Source: Paramecium tetraurelia
Taxonomy: Eukaryota
NCBI GenBank assembly: GCA_000165425.1
Contig: CT868219.1
Span: forward strand, 314,728 to 378,727
DNA: 64,000 nt
Reading direction: 5' to 3'
A program made the translations under genes and the position numbers. Under the pieces are notes generated by a model. It was not told the DNA's origin. It searched no databases and saw only the letters and a list, made by a program, of their open reading frames with translations. Every line of letters begins with the position of its first letter. Within the stretch, counting starts at the first letter, position 1. Below, piece by piece: positions 57,822 through 64,000 of the stretch.

Positions 57822-59298
57822 ATGGATCCATTTTATGAGGATTACACTCCAACAACAAACAATAAAGATGTAATAGATAAAGAGTATGAAATTAGATTAA
57901 AATATATCGAAATGGAGATTCAAATTTATGTTGCACGGTAACAATAAGAGATAATACGAAATTTCATGAAATACGTAAAACACTGCAATAAAAATGGGAC
58001 ACTTATTTTAATCGTCTTCGTTTATTCAACTAGGAAGGTGTGGAGATAACAGAGGACGATATTGATTATATAAAAAATGGAACTGTGTTGTTTGCTTCTA
58101 AGGGTATGAATTAAAGTAACTATATTTATAGGTGAAGAATTCGATGAGAGTTTTTAATTAGCAGAATATGAACAACTTCAAGACATTGGAGAAGGAGGGT
58201 TTGGTAAGGTTGTTTTGGGTAGACACAAACAAACAGGAGAGAAAGTAGCAATCAAAATGGTGAAATAAACATTGACTAATGCTTAAGTAATAACAAATTA
58301 AAATGTAGGATGTTGATATGATATTTAGAGAGGCTAGAGCTCTTAAGTCTTTAAAGCATGATAACATTGTTAAGATTTATAATGCATTCTTTTTACAAAA
58401 TTTGTAAACGGTGTATATAATGGAATATTTGGAAGGTGGTGAATTGCTTTAATATTTACAAACAAAAGGAAAATTCGAGGAGAATGAAGCAAGACATTAT
58501 TTCAAATAGCTTGTTAGTGCTATTTCATTTTGTCACTAAAAGAAAATTATTCATAGAGATTTAAAATTAGAAAATCTGTTGTTAACTAGCAAAGATTCAG
58601 GTGTAATTAAATGCATCGATTTCGGTATCTCTGGTTTTGCTTCAAATGATAATCCTGAAAATGCAGACGCAGGAAGTCTTCGATATATGGCTCCAGAACT
58701 ATTGAAAGGTATTAGAATAATTGATCAATTTAGGATTGGATAAAGCAGTCTCTCCCTTAGTGGATGTTTGGTCAATGGGCATAATTCTATATGGAATGTT
58801 ATTCGGAACTTTACCATTTACTGGCAACACCAATAAGGAAATTATCGCTTAAATCTCAGAAGGTCGAGTAATGATCCCAACAGATCTTATTAACAAATTG
58901 TCCCAAAATTGTTAAGACTGTCTTTATCGTGCTTTAGAACCAGACCCAAAAAAGAGAATAACTTCAATTGAGTTATTAAATCACCCATTTGTGACAAATG
59001 AAAATACTCTCAGCACAAATTCGAATAGTACAAATAAGTAATCATTGTATTCTAAATATTAAGGCCCAAACTTTAAAATTAATTATAGCAAATCGATGAG
59101 GTTGAAATCCCTGTTCAAAAGTAAATGTAATCGGCAACTAATAAAAAATAAAATCTTCAATTTTCTAAATAACATCCTTAAAGTTCGAGACAATTGACTC
59201 AGGCTCAAAAGAAAACTCCCTAATAATCCCCTTTATTATAAAAACAATCATAATCAGTTGGTTAGACAACAAAGATGACTAAGTTTAGTAAAAAGTGA
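57822..59298 (+). CDS. CAMK-group (AMPK/MARK-like) Ser/Thr kinase with small N-terminal beta-grasp-like domain
   Basis: LGEGGFGKV, KVAIK, IIHRDLKLENLL, IDFGISG, GSLRYMAPE, DVWSMGIILY; N-terminal RLFNQEGVEITEDDIDYIKNGTVLFASKGEEF; several introns. Confidence 0.9.
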
Positions 59299-59339
59299 TA
59301 AATGCTTTCAAAATAAATATATATATATATAGAACAGAT

Positions 59340-60887
59340 TCAAACTTCTTTTGAATGTATTTTTCTAGAACCAGAATTAACTGAGATAGCATTAGCTTCA
59401 TCAGATACTCCTATTTCTTATTCCAATTCGCTTAAAGATATCTCTTGTTTCATGTCCATGTCTATTAATTGATATCCAAAATAATACTTATTTTATTGTC
59501 ATCTTCATTCTCCAGATCCATATTTGGATAGAATGAATAAGGAACATCATGAAAATGAATTCCTGGTGCATTTTCTAAGTTTTTCAGATGATCATACACT
59601 TGAGATACAATTTTGTTTAAATCTTCAGCTTTATTTTTGTTTTCAACATGTTCTTGGATTGGAAAGTGTAAATGATAATCCCCGCTATAATTTTTATAGT
59701 AAACATCATTAGTTGGAATAGGCTATATTCAATAGTAATCTCCATACCTCGTCAATATTCTATCCTAAGCATAACCCTGTCTCGTAAGCCCAACATCTAG
59801 ACACATTCTAAATGGTATAGCCTCCTCCTCCTAAAAGAATCAATGGAACTCCAAATTATTTCATATAGGTAATACACTATCCATGTCCTCTTTTAATAAT
59901 ATTATTCAATTTTACTTTATGGATAAATTTAGTGCTCCTAATCGATCCAGTGATAATGAATCTGCACCACATTACACAACAACGCAATCAGGACGAAAAG
60001 TCTCCATGACTCTGCTTGTAACTTTCTTAAACAAATCTAAGTAAGGTCCATCTGAAATCCCTGGTTTTAACGGCACATTAACTGCGTAATATCTGCCTAC
60101 TCCTAACCCTACTGAATTCAATTATCCAGTTCCTGGAAAGAAGTCATCTCCATATTAATGAAATGATAAAGTCATGACTCTATTGGTTAAATAGAATGCT
60201 TCTTCAACTCCATCTCCATGATGACAATCTATATCCACATACAAGACTCGAACATAAATTCTCAATAACTCTAAAATACACAAGACTATATCGTTTATAT
60301 AACAAAATCCAGCAGCCTCTTTTTTCTTAGCATGATGCAATCCTCCAGACCAATTGATTGCTATATCTGCTTATCCAGTTAAAATTGTATGTGCGCAATC
60401 TATACTAGCACCTGCACTGAATTAACAATATGAGAAAAGGCCTGAAAATGTAGGATTATCTGCTGAGTCTCCTACTTTGTATTCTGCATTCAGATTCTTA
60501 GTATTCTTATTTTGACTCCATTTAGTTATTAATCGATATTCTTCAAGTAGGTTCTCAGGTATTACACCATCATTATTTGTTGAACAGTACTCTTTTACAA
60601 AGTTTACCTTATTGTCACTCATATACTAACTTAAATAAGTAACGTATTCAGGATCATGAAACTTTTTCAATTCTTCTAATTATGCTTCTCTAATCAGATA
60701 TACATCCAATGATCTATATAGTCTATCTTTATATATGTTTCAACTACCCAAAATTTACTATTAAGCTATGAGCCATTGCGATACGTTTAGGTTTCATAGG
60801 ATGTTCCTTACCATAATGAAATTTTCCTATCAATCTATTATAAAAGTATGCCACTCTTCTACTTGAATCCGAATCAGCTTAAATCAT
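59340..60887 (-). CDS. Class I histone deacetylase (Rpd3/HDAC1-3-like)
   Basis: [98 protein letters not shown]. Confidence 0.95.
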
Positions 60888-61229
60888 GTATTAATTATTT
60901 AATTATAATATTAATATTAAATTTACTATTATTCAATAAATGCTTTATTAAAATATTATAATTGGCTCATATATAATTAAAATTAGAATAAATATTAATT
61001 TACATATTTATAATAATTATTTAGTTTCATAACAAACTCAAATCAATCCTTGCAAATTTGAAGTAGTTTATATAAACATAAAATTTCATTATCTCTAACT
61101 GAAAGATCTCTAAGCAGAATCGATCTTAGAACATAATAACATTTTCAGAGTAGATTTAGTAATCTTATATTCAAAACTTTTATCCAAATATTGAATTTAT
61201 TTATTTGTGCTTCCAGCTTATCTAAAATA

Positions 61230-62541
61230 TCAAAGATATTACTATTCTTTTTATTTCATAGGACTTGACTCATTATCAAATGTTATTTTGTTAAATGAAT
61301 ACTATACAACCTTGGGTAATTAGACAGGGTAAACATAATCATAATTTCTGTAATATTATTTTTAAGAAATCTAGGTTTAATTCAGTAGCTTCTTTGATGA
61401 TTGAGAGTGTTTCTCAGTAAAAGATAAATTTTTTTTACTTTCCCCCAACTCCAATTGAAGAGTGACTAATTATTATTTGATATCTAAACAACTGTCATTA
61501 TTACTAAATTTGTCTCCCTAACGTTGAGGAGAGGGATTTGTGAACTTAATTTTCTTCTCTGATTTTAAAATCTTCGAAGGTTTAAATGAAGGATATTTTA
61601 AAACTTTATTATTCAAGTAGATTTAATTTTCCATTACATTCCGCCTTGGTTCCTTCTTCTTTTGTTGTAATACAATCTAATCAATCTTAAATTTCGATAG
61701 TATTTATAAAACATCACATTTTTCTGGGCTTATCAAGGCTTATTCTGCAAAAAGTTTAACTGAACCAATTGAGGGTCTTATTTCAGGATCATAACAGAGT
61801 AATATTCTTAATAAATTATTTAAATTCAGACTATATTATGGATGATAAGTAAATTTGATTCCTTTTAGTATTTATTTATGTAAAACACTAATATTGTTTG
61901 CTTTGAAGGGTTATTCCTTAAACATTAATTAAAAAACCAAAACACCAAGCATCCAAATATCAGATCTACAATCATATTTTCTTACTTTTACAAATTCTGG
62001 AGCTAATAAATATATATCTTAATAGTTTTCTTAATAAAGATATTATAAAATATTCATTTCTCCCAAAATTGTAGTTTGCTAAGAACAAAATATATTTGAT
62101 AAACTTATTTTTCCATGAGGATTCTTCGGATGGAATAATTCAAGTGCTGAACAAATCTAGTAATTTCAATTAAAAATACCTATATTAGAACATTAAGGAT
62201 TTCTTATTCTTTTAAAGGACATTAATATTGTGTGTCGTGATAATCACTTATTACTCTTTTAATTATACATCAAAGTACCCTAAATAAGTATTATCTGCAT
62301 CATGTGAGGCTTCATAAAATTTAACTAGATGAGGATTGCAAGTTTTGGATAGTTTATCAATAAATTGTAATAGAGAAGTTACTGTGTTCTTATTAATATC
62401 CTCTAAACTGTACAATCTCAAGATGTATGGTTTATTGAGTCTTTTAAGGATAATAGTTTTTTTGAATTTATTACATCGAAGCACCTCTACAACATTAAAT
62501 TATGGATAAAGTTTTTCGATGTCCTTCTTTAATGATTTCAT
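61230..62541 (-). CDS. NEK-like pseudokinase
   Basis: Two 23-nt introns give 421 aa; retains NPHLVKFYEA, YLLAPE, YDCRSDIWMLG and RPSI, but has YILR, HGK and EMN in place of VAxK, HRD and DFG. Confidence 0.8.
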
Positions 62542-62867
62542 AATGTTCTTGTGATATTAATTTTATTATTTATCATAGTTATAGAATTCGTGTCACTAGT
62601 GGATATTTCAAAATTGATTGAGAAATACTATATCAAAAATTAGAGTTAGATTCCAAATAAACAGCCAAGCTTGTAATGATTCAATAGGAAAACCAAAAAA
62701 ATAATGAAGGATCTTATATACTTTTTTATTTTGATATTTTAAATTGGTTGATTAAATCTTTATTTGTTGTGTTACAAGATTAAAGCATGTTGAAATTTTC
62801 ACGAATTTGTGAAATTATGGTTGCCTAAAAATAATAAATATTTTTATTAATTGTTATATAAAATTTA

Positions 62868-63961
62868 ATGTAAATAATTACTGGTGATGAAACAGGATTA
62901 TTGAAATTGATTGATTTGGAGAAAAAGGAGGTGGTTAGGAAATATGGGGAATAAGGAAAGGAGTTTAAAATAATCTAAATACTCACTCTGAAAATATCTG
63001 ACATTAGCTTTTTTCTGGTTTTGAGGGAGGAAAGCTTGGTATTATTGGATAATGAATTAAATGAAATAACACAAATCAGCATTGATGCATCACCTTTAAA
63101 AGCATTTTGTGATTCAAATCATGATATCTATATAATTTATACCAACAGAAAAATTAATCATGTAAAGTATGACTAAGATCAAAACATATTTCTTTAATAA
63201 GCAAATATTAACTCACAGGATTTTTTGCCATTAACCAATTGTAAAGATAAGTATGTGACTTCTGCTGCTATCTCTAATGATTAAGCATTGTTATTGGTAA
63301 CTTATTTTGGTGCTCCACCATCCATTTTCAATTTAAAATAGAAAAAATTATAATGGCAATCAAGGAATGTAAAAAATGATGAATTAGATCTCTAAGTCAA
63401 AATGCATGATTATGATGGATTGTTCTTAGATGACTATTCCGTCGGTGTTATTACAACCCACTTAACCTTAAGAATATATAGTATTCTAGAACAGAGATCA
63501 TAACCAGTTGCTGAGCATTCCTTAAAGCATTCAAAAACCAAAATCAAAATAATCAGACCTTATAATGAAAAATATTATATGATTAATGAGAGAGGAGAAA
63601 TTTTAATTTACAAGAAAAATTTTACTTTTGAGAGAATGATTAAGGGTACCTTTGGAGCTGTCAGAGATGTGGCTTTTAATAAGGAATACATCTACACAGT
63701 TAGCATTGATCGTTTTTTAAGGTTTATTTTCATGTTTATTTTAGGGTTTATCACAATGAAAATGTAAGAATTCCATTATCAATTAATTTATCACAAAGGT
63801 TGCAAGCCATCAATTTCTATTGTGCTGAATACAAAGATATTGAGATAGAGAAAAAATAAGAAAAGATTTGGACAATATAAAATGTGAAAAGAGGCCAAGG
63901 CTAGATTTGCTGGAATGAGAAGACACACCATTAAATTGCCATATTTGGATAAGATGTTTGA
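62868..63961 (+). CDS. WDR74: WD-repeat ribosome biogenesis factor Nsa1/WDR74
   Basis: ITGDETGLLK, WQSRNVKNDELDLQV, LRIY....QPV, KGTFGAVRDV, VSIDRFLRVY; one intron; 3' end uncertain. Confidence 0.85.
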
Positions 63962-64000
63962 GAATCATAAGCTTAATAAATAAAAAAAAGAATAATAAAA

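Overview
AT-rich, gene-dense eukaryotic DNA that reads as a ciliate macronuclear chromosome, most likely Paramecium (P. tetraurelia-like). TAA/TAG encode Gln, TGA is the only stop, introns are tiny (about 19-30 nt, GT..AG) and intergenic gaps are often under 100 bp. The supplied standard-code ORF track is therefore largely fragments or antisense noise. Re-translating by hand with the ciliate code gives about 35 protein genes, 3 tRNAs (Ser-TGA, Val-CAC, Ala-AGC) and an unannotated minus-strand cluster of H/ACA-type RNA hairpins at about 49.3-49.9 kb. The genes include an MFSD1-like transporter, RimK-like ATP-grasp ligase, mitochondrial uL29m, a 2,700-aa Cys-rich protein, a BEACH protein, formin, cathepsin-like protein, CK2-like, GSK3, CAMK and NEK-like kinases, 2H phosphoesterase, tandem GNAT, RPL6, RPL27, CCCH protein, AK6, PI4K, V-ATPase c, an H3 variant, Alba, a class I HDAC and WDR74. 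The most unusual items are a CK2-type kinase with a signal peptide, a minimal tubulin lacking the GGGTGSG signature, a membrane-anchored Cys-to-Ser cathepsin, a stand-alone PARP zinc-finger/PADR1 protein, an H3 variant with Met at position 9, two small RVxF+CaaX proteins of one family, and the snoRNA array. All gene models were spliced by eye and no database search was run, so novelty is untested.
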